From the human T2T-CHM13v2.0 reference genome, Homo sapiens: DNA of 64,000 nucleotides. The stretch is from NCBI RefSeq assembly GCF_009914755.1, contig NC_060936.1, one strand, 5' to 3'. Made by a program: the position numbers and the translations under genes. Of this stretch, positions 23,918 through 44,239 are shown one piece after another. Below the pieces are notes generated by a model, which saw nothing but the letters and a program-made list of their open reading frames with translations, was not told the origin of the DNA and did no database searches. Within the stretch, counting starts at the first letter, position 1. Every line of letters starts with the position of its first letter.

Positions 23918-24122
23918 AGAGGGTTTCTCCACTTAGGCACTACTGTCATTTGGAACTACATAATATTTTGTTGTAAGGGGCTGTCTTGTACATTGTAGAA
24001 TGTTGGTAGCATCCCTAGTCTCTACTGTATATACTCCCCCCCATCATGCCAATCAAAAATATCTTCAGATCTTGCCAAATATCCCCTGGAGGGCAAAAAA
24101 TTTCCCATTTGAGAAGCACTGC
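23918..24122 (-). mobile_element. MER20 DNA transposon relic
   Basis: Reverse complement of MER20: GGGTTTCTC..GGCACTA..GGGGCTGTC..CATTGTAG..AGCATCCCT..TTGCCAAAT..CCCCTGG..TTGAGAAGCACTG. Confidence 0.75.
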
Positions 24123-24464
24123 TCTAGAAAGGGCTTGGAGCTGCCTTTTCTGCCTCTCACTTCTAGTCTTTTTCTCATATGATTGGCAGATTTTCTTTTG
24201 TAACAAAAACATGCCATGCTTGGAAATAACAACTGTATTCTGTGCACTCATAGGGTCAAATCTAAACCCTTAAATGAGACTTACAAAACTCTTCTCAAAA
24301 CAATTACTTGTCTCACTTCTCAAAAAAATTATTTGTCTCAACTACAATCCTATCCCCCCATACAGATTGCTCTAGTCATACTGAATTTTTCCCACTATTC
24401 TCAAAGTTTCCATGACTTTTTTACTCATATGCTTTTGTACATATTCTTCTTTCTGCCTGCAGTA

Positions 24465-25353
<889 letters not shown>

Positions 25354-26764
25354 TAGTACAGATGGGGTTTCTCCATGTTGAGGCTGGTCTCAGACTCCTG
25401 ACTTCAGGTGATCTGCCCGCCTCAGCCTCCCAAAGTGCTGGGATTACAGGCGTGAGCCACCGCGCCCGGCCTGGAAACTTCTATATACTCTTTAAGACTC
25501 AATTCAAACAGGACTTCCCCTATTAAAAAAAAAGTCCTAACATTTCCTAAGAAAACTTGGTGTCTCCATACTAAACTTTGTTCATACCTATCGGGTCATG
25601 CTTGGCACACTTTTTTGTTATTTGTGTATTAATCGCTTTTCAGCCCCTGGGGGTTCTAACAAGGTGCCTAACACAGAGAAGTTGCCCCATAAATGCTTGT
25701 TGAATGGGTGAGTGAAATGAAGGAAAACTGCCACAGCAGTGCCTTCAAATTTCACTGACAAAACTTGTACTTTGGCCAGAGTTCATTGGCTTTTATTAGC
25801 TTAGACTGGGTTTACAACAGGTGTCTCTGTCACTAAACTGGAAAGTAGGTGAAAAGCTAACCTCAGGACACCAAATTAAATACTTTCAGCACTGTGCCAT
25901 GGTAGCCCTTGGATCACAGAGCATGAAGTGTCTGAGCAGTAATTTCCAGCTGCTGCTGCCAGAGAAATAATAAATGATGTTACACAGAAAGTATCACATT
26001 ATAGTTTATTATACATGAACCTCTGTGAGAGTAAGCTGTAAATGGTTCGCACCCTAGAGCATGGGCTTAGTCTTTCCAAACAAATCCATTTACTTGTTAT
26101 CTTTATAAAGTCCTGATTAAAACATGTTTTGGAGATATAGATATATCTAACACATGGACCATAGTAGTCTCTTGTGAGTATCTGAATCAAAATTTTAGTA
26201 TCTAGATAGCACCAAACTTAGAAAAGTATGCCCTTTTACAGAATTACAGGTTCAATTTCATTTGGCTGGACTACATGTCTTTCTACTTTAGGGTCCTAAT
26301 GTCAGAATATGGTCGGACATGGTAGCTCACACCTGTAATCCCAGGACTTTGGGAGGCCAAGATGGGAGGATTCCTTGAGGCCAGGAGTTTGAGACCACCC
26401 TGGACAACAAAGTGAGACCCCATCTCTACAGAAAATAAAAAATTTGCCAGGGTTGGTGTATGTACCTGTAGTCCTAGACGCTCACAAGGCCAAGATGGGA
26501 GGATTGCTTGAACTCAGGAAGTTGAGGCCGCAGTGAGCCATGAGTACATCACTGCACTCCAGCTTGGGTGACAGAGCAAAACCTTGCCTCAAAAAAAAAA
26601 AAAAAAAAAAAAGAAATATATCAGAATAGGCCCACTACCCCCTAGAAAATGTCCCCAAACGGCCTCTGCTGCTTCCTACTGCTGGCTGTCTTCTCACATC
26701 ACTGACAGAATCATCTGTCTATTAACCCAGATATGTCATGCTTGGAACCGTGGAGTCTGTTTAG

Positions 26765-27104
<340 letters not shown>

Positions 27105-27705
27105 TAGACGTGAGCCACCATGCCCGGCTGGTGGAGTTTTTTTAACCTAAAAATTTTACTTCTGTATTAACTTTATAGCACAAATATTTTCTTCATAATA
27201 CGGATAATCCAGAGGGAAGTTCAAAAGTGAAACAGATGGAGGAAGGGCAGGGGAAAAGATGGTCCCTTGAATTGGGGAGAGTAGAAGGTCTCAGGGTCCC
27301 CATGTCATGGCTTCCCTGTGCTGGTCCAGTGGATCTCAACTCGGCGGTCTACACAGCAGCACACCTGGGGAATTTAAAAAATACTGATGCTCCGGCCCTG
27401 ATTGAACCAGAATTTCAGGGGACGGCCTATACAGCTACTGCTTAAATATCCATCCATGTATCCAGAGTCTGAAAAAAACCTTCAGATTCATAAACACAGA
27501 GCCCATCCCCATGTTGGAGAAGCAGAGCACGGTGATAGCCCCCACCATGAATACCAAGACCGGGGAGGGACTGGGCTTTTCCGCCATCCCCTCACTGTCC
27601 CATACGCTACCCTCAACAAAAACACAGGATAGTGTTAACAGAAGAAAGGGGAAGGACACTGGGCAGGTGAAAAAAAATGACAAATATTTATTACAGTTAG
27701 TATAA

Positions 27706-27934
<229 letters not shown>

Positions 27935-28097
27935 TAGCCAAGCTGCTCTTGAACTCCTGACCTCAGGTGATCTGCCCACCGCAGCCTCCCAAAGCACTGG
28001 GATTACAGGCATGAGCCGCCGTGCCCAGTCAAGGCTTAAAGTTCATACACCAGGCCTGAACAGCAATTACTTGCTGCCTAAGTCTTTTTTTTTTTGA

Positions 28098-28745
<648 letters not shown>

Positions 28746-29032
28746 TAGGGAATGCAGGATACAATACAGGTAGCAGTAAAAGGTGCGGGCATGTTTTCTT
28801 AGCTTTGAGTGAAGGGGAAAAAAATTGAGAGGGAAATTCCCCCCCCCTTTTTTTTCTGTTAATGTTGATATCTTATAATGTTGGACACTTTCAAGTAAAT
28901 ACTTATAATCCTCACCCCCACAGAAAAGTTTCACTTGTGTTATATAACATATACCCAATAGAATTGAGATATGATTCATAACCTATATGTGTGATTCTGT
29001 TTCTTAATCATAAAATGTGTGATATCTGTCAA

Positions 29033-31285
<2,253 letters not shown>

Positions 31286-31724
31286 GCTAGGATTCTAAAG
31301 GTTAAGGGAAGCAAGTGAACTTTGTTTTGGCTTTTTCCCACTACACCAGAGATAAACCAGTACAGGGAGTAAAGTCCCATTTTTACAGGCTGTATATGAG
31401 AGGACCTGTGTGCAGTGCAGAGCAGCTGCTGCTCCGGGTAGAAAAGTCTTGCCTAAAGATCAAACAATCAGTATGTCACTATGAGTTCTCCTTGACCCAA
31501 GAGCTCTTGCAGGCCTGGAGGGAACATCTGTCCCAGAGTGGTCTTTATGGAGAATTTCTAGGGTTGGTCCATTAGGGAAAATGTCCCCAAGGAACATTGA
31601 TTCTTACCTATATAAGAATACATACACCCAGGCCGGGCGTGGTGGCTCACGCCTGTAATCCCAGCACTTTGGGAGGCCAAGGCGGGCGGATCACGAGGTC
31701 AGGAGATCGAGACCATCCTGGCTA

Positions 31725-32106
<382 letters not shown>

Positions 32107-32510
32107 TCACTTGGGTGAACTGAGTCTGTCTGACCTGTGTCTTTCAGCCATGTCTCTGAAACCTACTTTTTCTGCAGCACCCCCCACCCTGAACTAGGGT
32201 ACTGTAGGCTCTAATTTCTTAATCGCCTCAGATCATCCACAGGTTCTGACACCTGAGATTGGAGCCCGTGGTCTTGCAGACAGATCCCCCCGGTTACCAA
32301 GGGCTTTCTCTTTAGCCTTCTTCCAATCACCTGCCAATTGCCTTCCCAATCCTGCTTGGACTGACTCTCAGATGCTACAGTGACACTGCTTCAGAGGAGT
32401 GACATATATATACATATAATTATATATAAAATAATATATAAAAATCGTATATATAAACAAGAAATATATAAAAATATATATTTCATTTACTTATTTATTT
32501 TCTGAGATGA

Positions 32511-32720
<210 letters not shown>

Positions 32721-33703
32721 TGATCTGCCCACCTTGTCCTCCCAAAGTGCTGGGATTATAGGCGTGAGCCAGTGTGCCCGGCCTATTTCTTTTATTTTTA
32801 TTTTTATTTATTTTTATTTTTTTTAGACAGGGTGTTGCTCTGTCACCGAGGCTGGAGTGCAGTGATGCAAACATGCTCACTGCAGCCTCAACCTCCTGGG
32901 CTCAAATGAGCCTCCCACCTTGGCCTCTTGTGCAGCTGGGACTATAGGTGCGTGCCACCATGCCCAGCAAATTTTCATATTTTTAATTTTATGTAGAAAC
33001 AGAGTCTCACTTTGTTGCCCAGCTGGTCTCAAACTCCTGGATTCAAGCCATCCTCCCACCTTGGCCTCCCAAAGTGCTGAGATTCAGGCATGAGCCACTG
33101 CACCTGGCCTCACAGGCTTATCTCTTGGCCTTATCATTTTCTCCAAGGTGAATGCCAAAGAAAATTGACTTTGCTATGCATTTGAGTCAGTGGCCTCTGC
33201 CTGTTCCTGTTGGTATGCCTGATTTCTGGCCTATCCTGGTTGAAGCTTGGGCTCTGTGATTATGAAAGAGAAGACTTTTCAGACACCAGACATATGATTG
33301 GATATTAAAATAGTGGCTAGACAGGATTTTATACCTGTAAGTGCTATAGCAAATGCTCCTTCTCTCCTGTCCTCACACACAAAAAAAGATAAATTATGGA
33401 TCCTTATCCTTTGGAAGGCTGGAAGCTTATGTGTTAAAAGTGTAAATGTTAGCTGCGTGCAATGGCTCACTGTAATCCCAGCATTTAAAGGCCGAGGTGG
33501 GCGATAGCTTTGAGTTCAGGACTTTGAGACCAACCTGGGCAACATGGCAAAACCCTGTCTCTACAAAAAATACAAAAATTAGCTGGGCGTGTTGGCTACT
33601 TGGCCCCTATAGTCCCAGCTACTTGGAAGGCTCAGGTGGGAGGTTTGAGCCTGGGAAGCGGAGACTGTAGTGAGATCGCGCCACTGCACTCCAGCCTGGG
33701 TGA

Positions 33704-34054
<351 letters not shown>

Positions 34055-34578
34055 TGATCCACCCACCTCGGCCTCCCAAAGTGCTGGGATTACAGGCGTG
34101 AGCCACCGCGCCCGGCCTATGTTTTTCTAATTATAAAAATATGTGAGTTTTCTGTAGACAGCATGTAAATACAGAAAAATATCACCCAGAGTCCAATAAT
34201 CCCTAAATGGAGAATCACTGGGAACAGTTTAGTGTATATAGTATGTTTAAGCTGTACATACACATAAACACAAAATTGTGAGCATTCTCAGTATGGTTTC
34301 ATGTACTGCTATTTCATTTACTATTACCCTGCTAGCATTTCCCCTATCATCAAAATTCTTTGAAAATATGTTTATGAACTGTATAATATTTTATTTTATG
34401 AATGTACTGTGAATTATTTAATCCTCTTCAGAGACTCAGGTTGATTCTACTGATAATTGTGCTGCAACGAGCATACTGTGCGTTCATTTCTATGTGGAAT
34501 TCTATGGCCTTAAAATAGAATCCTAGCAGTAGAATCACTGAGATAAAGGGTAAGAGTATCTAAAGCAGTGGCTAATGA

Positions 34579-34887
<309 letters not shown>

Positions 34888-35467
34888 TGACCACCTCGGC
34901 CTCTCAAAGTGCTGCCCGGCCCTTTTTCATTCTCAACTATTGTTGAAGACCTAAAGAGATTTTGTTTATGTTGGTTACAGCTATCAGTATTCACTATATT
35001 AGAAATTTAAAATAAGAAATTAAAAAAATATTTATTACTTCATGTTAAAATAGCAATAAGGAACCCATTATTTTTGAATAAACAGAGGAATTAACGAGAG
35101 GTTGAAGTCAAGTATGCTAGTTTCCTGCAGAGGCCCAAAGAAATTCCCGTTTCTGGTGATTCCATTCACAGAGACTGAAAACAGAGGACAGAGGAGCAGG
35201 GGAGTGGGCAGGGGTGGGCCTTGGTGGAGACAGAGATGGGAAAGAGGGTGAGTCTGTAAGAGTCTGGCATTCCTCCTACAGGACACATGGGCATTTTCAA
35301 GACTCCAGTCCACTAGGTGGATCTTCAAAGGCTTATGCCACATTCTTCCATAGCACACTTCTAAAATACCTGTTTTATAGGGTTTAAACTATCTGCTTTA
35401 TAGGGACCAAGTGTGGTGGCTCACGCCCGTAATCCCAGCACTTTGGGAGGCCGAGGCAGATGGATCA

Positions 35468-35818
<351 letters not shown>

Positions 35819-36239
35819 CTATTTCAAAAAAAAAAAAAAATCTGCTTTATAGGGTCCTTTTACAAACTATTAGGCCACTTATCCTCAAAACCAAACAATG
35901 CAATAGGGTAGACAGATAGGAACTCGCAGGCTGTTCACAAGGAAACCGAGGCCCTGAGAGGTTATGTGACTTGTCAGTCTTCCCGCCTCCCTTTTGCCCA
36001 TCTTATAATAGACTCATGTCTGGAACTCAATTGTCCTGATTGCTAGCTCGTTGTGCCCAGTGACTCAAGAGAGTGAAAATTGTTGGTTCAGCAGTCTATC
36101 TTCTAAATTTGCTTCTTCTAAAAGTATTTAAAAGGTATAAGAAATATAAATTACTCCCTAGGCTGCTAGGCAGGCACCTGGTTTTCTCCTGGGGTAGTCA
36201 GAACCCTCCTATCTTTAATTTTTCACGGATGAATATACC

Positions 36240-36895
<656 letters not shown>

Positions 36896-37923
36896 CTCAT
36901 TTATTTCCACACCACTGAATGAATAATGAAAGATGTTATAAAGCCAAATTATGAAAAGGGCATCAGTTATTAAACATTTGTAAAATGTTTTACAACCATC
37001 TTAGTATGCCTCATAAACACCTCGTGAAGTGCTGCCATCCCCGTTTCAGAGCTGAGAAAATTGAGAAGGAACCATGAGATTAAGTGACTTGCCCAGAGCT
37101 ACGATGAGAACATGAGCCCCCCAGGGTTTGAGGTCTGTTGTTTATCCACTGAGCTTGAGCTGCGCTTTGGAATCATTACCATCTTAAAGCATTTTACCCT
37201 GTGTTGGGTGAATATTAAGAAGTAGATCACATTTCAGCCTGGCAGGCGCGAAAGTATTGTTTTTAGTTTGTTTTTCTAAATTTTAGTAGAGGACATATGG
37301 GCTCTATTAACTTTACTATGTAGCACAATTTGAAAGATAGTTTCTTTTCCAGCAAATTTTTCACCGTAATTTAACATTTTAAAATTCAGCACACACCGTC
37401 CTCCCTGGATACTTGTTTTTCTCAGAGTTGGGCCTTTTTCCTCTCCACTGCAGCTTGGAAGGTCGTAAATCCAGCCAGGGGGATTTTATTATGCCTGGGG
37501 ACAGTTTTCAAAGTTAGGTATGAGTGGAAGGAAGGGAGGGCGGGTGCAACAGCGCTGGACAAAGTCCGTCTAATGCAAGACTTTCCTTTCTTTTTTTTTT
37601 GTTTTTAAAGATAAGAACTTTTTTGGCTTTCTCCCCGCAAAGCTTGCTGATGATGTTGACTGATGAGGACATGAAAAAAGCTGAGATTTGCAGAACATAA
37701 CTGGAGCATAAGAACGCCTGTCTGGAAGGCAGGGGCTGCTGGGAAAGGATCTCTCTGGAGCTCCTTGCTGGCTGCAAAAATGCAGCTGTCCCTATTCCTC
37801 TCTACTCTGGGACATTTAAAAAGGAGGCTGTGTGGCAGTAGCATTTGGCTTGTGTGCCACTGTACCTGGTCAGCCTGGCATGGAATGCCTTAGTGGTTTG
37901 TTAGGGGTCACTGACTGAGGCTA

Positions 37924-38103
<180 letters not shown>

Positions 38104-38627
38104 TTAACTAGGCATGGTGATGCATACCTGTAGTCCCAGCTACTTGGGAGGCTGAGGCAGGAGGATCACTTGAACCCAGGAGGTCACGGCAGCATTGAGC
38201 TCTGATCATAGCACTGCCTCTGGCCTGGGCAACAGAGCAATACTCTGTCTCTAAAAGAGAAAAACAAACAAACAACAACAAAAAAAAACACAAAAAGACA
38301 ATAACATTCAATTGTTTGCTAATGGTTCATCTGCCCAATCTCTGGAATCCTGTCTTTCACCTACTCACCTTCACTCACTTAGAAACTTATGCATTGGCTT
38401 CAAATACTATTTCTTCTATATTATCCTTTCACCTTTCTTCTTTAAAAAAAAATTTATTTAGAGACAGGGTCTTGCTAGGTTGCTCGGGCTGGCCTTGAAC
38501 TCCTGGCCTTAAGTGATCCTCCCACCTCTGCCTTCCATCTTTTTATCTTCTTCAGCTTATGAAAATGGATCCATCTGCATTAAAGGCCTAAAAATGTATG
38601 TAGTCAGGTGAGTGTTGTGATAGTTGG

Positions 38628-39027
38628 TGTGATGGTTAATACTGAGTGTCAACTTGATTGGATTGAGGGATACAAAGTATGAATCCTGGGTGTGTCTGCG
38701 TGGCTATTGCCAAAAGAGATTAATATTGGAGTCAGTGGGCTGGGGAAGGCAGATCCACCCTTCATCTGGTGGGCACAATGTAATCAGCTGCCAGTGAATA
38801 TAAGGCAGGCAGAAAAACACGAAAAGGAGAGAGACTGGCCTAGCCTCCCAGCCTACATCTTTCTCCCATGCTGGATGCTTCCTGCCCTCAAACGTCGGAC
38901 TCCAGGTTCTTCAGTTTTGGGACTTGGACTGGATCTCCTTGCTCCTCAGCTTGCAGACAGCCTATTGTGGGACCTTGTGATTGTGGAGGTTAATACTTAA
39001 TAAACTCCCCTTATGTCTGTCTGTCTA

Positions 39028-39059
<32 letters not shown>

Positions 39060-39134
39060 TCTATCTATCATAGGATATATATATATATCTATTTATATTA
39101 GTTCTGTCCCTCTAAGAGAACCCTGACTAACACA
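38628..39134 (+). mobile_element. MLT2A1/A2 (HERV-L) solo LTR
   Basis: TGTGATGGTTAATACTGAGTGTCAACTTGATTGGATTGA...TAATACTTAATAAACTCCCC...GAGAACCCTGACTAACACA; perfect 5-bp TSD GTTGG at 38623-38627 and 39135-39139. Confidence 0.9.
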
Positions 39135-40010
39135 GTTGGTGAAGGTTTCCTTTTCTCCTCTGATGATGTGAGTGAAGCAGGCTTTCAGGGATTATGAGAA
39201 CAGGCGAAGTCTTCAAGGAGATGGGCCCCTCAAACACAGCCTGCACATCCCATCCATCTCCCCATTCTCCTGGAAGCCATGCCTTGGAAGGCAGAGGGGA
39301 TGCTGGAGGGATGCAGGTCTCAGGGCCTGAGAAGTTGAGGGTGGTTCTAGATAGAGTAGAGAATGAATGGGATAAGGGGCAGTAGAGGCCTGACCTCCGA
39401 GAGATCTCACCACTCCTAACTTTGACTATTCCTGTCTGGCTGCATTTGGGTTTCCTTTTGTCCCAAGAAAAGAAAGACGAAAAACCTTAGAGTGTTGGGA
39501 GTCTAGATATGTTAAAACTAACAGATGTTAGTTCATTGATCACCAAGACAATGCACGGGCCAGTAGGACTTCTCACAGCAAAAAAGCCAGGATGGAGAGG
39601 CAGAAGACCAGGTTGGGCAGATCCTTCAGCTTTCAGCTGTTTTTCTCATCCTTTATAGCACTGTAATTAGGACTAGATGAGGAAAAAAAGATGGGCATGA
39701 GCTGTAGCTACAGGGGGAAAACAATAAATGACTAACAGATAAAAAAAATGTAAGTGAAGTGCTAATATTCCAGTCATTTAAAATATTGCTGGGAAGACCA
39801 ATTATCCGTGTAAAAAAGGTGAAAACAAATATAACATTGCTTAGGTAATTCTGTGGACCCTTGATACACAGTATTTGCATAAAATCAGAATTACAGAATT
39901 TAGTGTTTTGTGGTTTTTGTTTGTTTGTTTTTTGAGACACCTGGGTCCGGGGAGGTGGAGGCTGCAGTGAGCTGTCATGCCACTGCACTCCAGCCTGCAC
40001 AACAGAGTGA

Positions 40011-40400
40011 TGAAAGAAAGGAAGGGAGGGAGGGAGGGAGGGAGGGGGAGGGGAGGGGAGGGGAAGGGGAAGGGAGAAGGGAGGGGGAGGGGAGGAGAGG
40101 GGGAGGGGAGGGGAGGGGGAGGGGAGGAGGGGGGAGGGGGGAGGGGAGGAGAGGGGGAGGGGAGGGGGGAGGGAGGGGAGGGAGAAAGAAAGGAAGGGAG
40201 GGAGGAGGAGGGGAGGGGGAGGGGAGGGGGAGGGGAGGGGAGGGGGAGGGGAGGGGGAGGGGAAGGGAGGGGGATGGGAGAGGAGAGGAGGGGGAGGGGA
40301 GCGGGATGGGAGGGGAGGGGGGAGGGAGGGGAGGGAAGGGAGAAAGGAAGGAAGGAAGGAAGGGAGAGAAAGCAAGGGAAAGAAGGAAAGAAAGAAAGGG
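40011..40400 (+). repeat. ~390-bp G/A homopurine tract (GGGGA/GGA/GGAA units) grown from an Alu tail
   Basis: Almost exclusively G and A on the + strand (about 3 pyrimidines); follows the Alu 3' fragment at 39942-40010. Confidence 0.92.
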
Positions 40401-40729
40401 AAAATAATCAAAAATATAAGAACACAAACAAAAGCACATTCTGTCAGCTCATCCTCTCTATAGGCTAAGGAAACTATACTATCTGAACCCAAAGGAGAGA
40501 AATAAACAAAATCAAATACTTATCTACCCATCCCTCTGCACACGGTCTTAGTTGAAGTGAGAGTATACACTTCATTACTGTGTACCTGGATTTTATCCCA
40601 TTCTGCTACAAAATGCACGTCAGTGCGTTCACTTTCACTGCATGATATAGAAGCTGTTCTGTATGCAGCCAAATCACATTACTGCCCATTGCTGAAAGAA
40701 ATGACCTTCAATGAACGGGTTATAAAATT

Positions 40730-41530
40730 CACTCATGATCACTTATTGAATGCCTATGTGCCAGACACACTGTTAAGCATGATGGAATCAGAGAAATGTT
40801 GCTGTCTAACGTATCCCAGTCTAGTGGGGTAATATATAACCTGATACATTATGATTCCATGGAAGTGTTTCACTAATGGTATAAATCACGAGCTGTGTCA
40901 GAAACCCAGGAGGAATTGATACGTCTCCCGGGAGAGTGTGGGGAGACTCTGGTGGAGGTGACGTGTGATCGTGGTCTTGAAGGATGAGCGGAAATTTGCC
41001 AAGTGAACAAGGGGGAAAGGAATTTACAAGTAGAGGGAAGAGGATGGCTCGTCAAAGTGTCTGGCAATACTGAGAAATGTTGAAAAGGGTGGTGTAGCTA
41101 CAGCCCAGGTTTCACGGGACAGAGGTAGCTGCAGTGTGGTTAGGTTGGGGCTAGTGCATGGGGAGCCTTGGTACACCTGCCACGTGCAACTGGTAATCAT
41201 CCCTAGAGGTACTGGGAGCACAGAGTGTCATGCGTGGAGTTACATGTACTGTGTGCTGTGCTTTTAATGTAACTTGAAGTCGTAAGGAGGGAATATATGA
41301 TGTGGGAGCAGAGCAAGGAGAAGCAAGTTAGGGAGACCAAACAGGAGGCAGCAGTGGGGACGGCTGACTTTGAGAGGCGTCTTTGAAAGACAATAGGTAA
41401 TATTTGGTAGACATTGGATGTGGAGGCTGAGGCAGCAGGAGAAACAGAGTATGACTTTGAAGTTGCTCAATACAGGAGATACTGGGTGGCTGGCGGTACT
41501 ATTAACCCAGATGACAGGACACGGAAACAG
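40730..41530 (-). mobile_element. L2 LINE 3' fragment
   Basis: CACTTATTGAATGCCTATGTGCCAGACAC..GGAGGTGACGTGTGA..GGTCTTGAAGGATGAG..GGGAGACCA..AGGAGGC..ATTGGATGTGG. Confidence 0.6.
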
Positions 41531-41699
41531 GATGGGTTCTCTGCTCCGGCGTGTCCCTGAGGAGTCACTCTTAACTTTGGTACAGGTGATCAGCAACTGG
41601 GAAAGTGTATGAAGCCCACTCCAGAATGAGACCACTGACCTCTTCATTTCCATGCTTTCGGCTCAAGGTATCATTCGGCTCAACACCATTTAAAAGCTA

Positions 41700-42003
<304 letters not shown>

Positions 42004-42436
42004 CTATCTAGGGGCAGGCTTATGCCTGTAATCTCGACACTTTGGGAGGCTGAGGCGGGCAGATCACCTGAGGTCTGGAGTTCAAGACCAGCCTGGCCAA
42101 CATGGTGAAACCCCATCTCCTTTACTAAAAATACAAAATTAGCTGGCCATGGTAGTGCACACCCATAATCCCAGCTACTCAGGAGGCTGAGGCAGGAGAA
42201 TCGCTTGAACCCAGGAGCAGAGGTTGCAATGAGCCAAGATCATGCCATTGCACTCCAGCCTGGGCGACAAGAGAAAACTCTGTCTCTAAATAAATAAATA
42301 AAAATAAAAGCTATTTAGGGCCAGGCATGGTGGCTCATGCCTGTAATCCCAGCACTTCAGAAGGCTGAAATGGGCAGATTGCTTGAGTCCAGGGGTTTGA
42401 GACCAGCCTGGCCAACATGGCAAAACCCTGTATCTA

Positions 42437-42595
<159 letters not shown>

Positions 42596-42873
42596 TCAAA
42601 CAACAACAACAAAAACAACAACAAAAAGCTTTCTAGAACATTTCCAATCTAGTGCAAACCTCTTTTTGGTTACACCGTGTATCATTCCAGTTATAAGAAT
42701 GTAAAAAGTGGCAACTCCGGAGCCAGGCTATCTGGGCAAGTGACCTCTGGAAAGGCCCTTAAACTTCGCTGTGTCTCAGTTTCCTTATCTACAGAATAAG
42801 GATTAAAATTATTCAAAAGGTTGTTGTGGAATTGAAATGAGTTAGTATATGTAAAAGTGAATCTGGCGCATAG

Positions 42874-43116
<243 letters not shown>

Positions 43117-43195
43117 TAAGTACTTTCTAAGTGTTTGCTATCAATAAGTAATAAATCATAGAATACTCGACTGAAAGTGGTACAAATATTAGAGA

Positions 43196-43201
43196 TTTAT
43201 T
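43196..43201 (-). terminator. Candidate distal polyadenylation signal AATAAA of MANSC1 (long ~4 kb 3'UTR)
   Basis: TTTATT on + strand at 43196-43201; consistent with my recollection that the annotated last exon is about 4.9 kb (not verified). Confidence 0.45.
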
Positions 43202-43589
43202 ATTACAGAACAAGATGGAAGTTGGCAGTTCCAGGGTTTGTCCTGTCAATTAACCAAGGCATCCCGGAGACTGGACTCTTCCTGTACCCACTGCCACGCT
43301 CAGTGTGGCAGTGCCTTCTCCCCTCATCATGGCAGGGAGGCCACCACAGCTCCAACAACCAAGTCTTCACATGGTCAGCATCCCAAGCATGAAATAAGGG
43401 GATGTGGTTAGAAAGGGCTTTTCTCCTTGTGTAGCCTTCCCTTTACAAGCAAGAAAATCTCTCCTAGAAGTCCCTAGTAGGTTTCCTTTCAGCTAAAACT
43501 TGGGTCACAGGCCCATCCCTGAACCTGGCACTTCCAACCTGTAACAAATGAGGCAGAAGTGGGACTAGGGCTGGCTGCTGGGCAGCTGA

Positions 43590-43904
<315 letters not shown>

Positions 43905-43952
43905 TAAGAGTAGCTTATTTTTATTTTATTTTATTTTATTTTTTTGAGATAG

Positions 43953-44239
<287 letters not shown>

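Noticed and set aside
39653-40492. 279-aa Pro/Ser-rich and overlapping Gly/Glu/Arg-rich ORFs
   Set aside because: Stop-free only because of the G/A homopurine tract.
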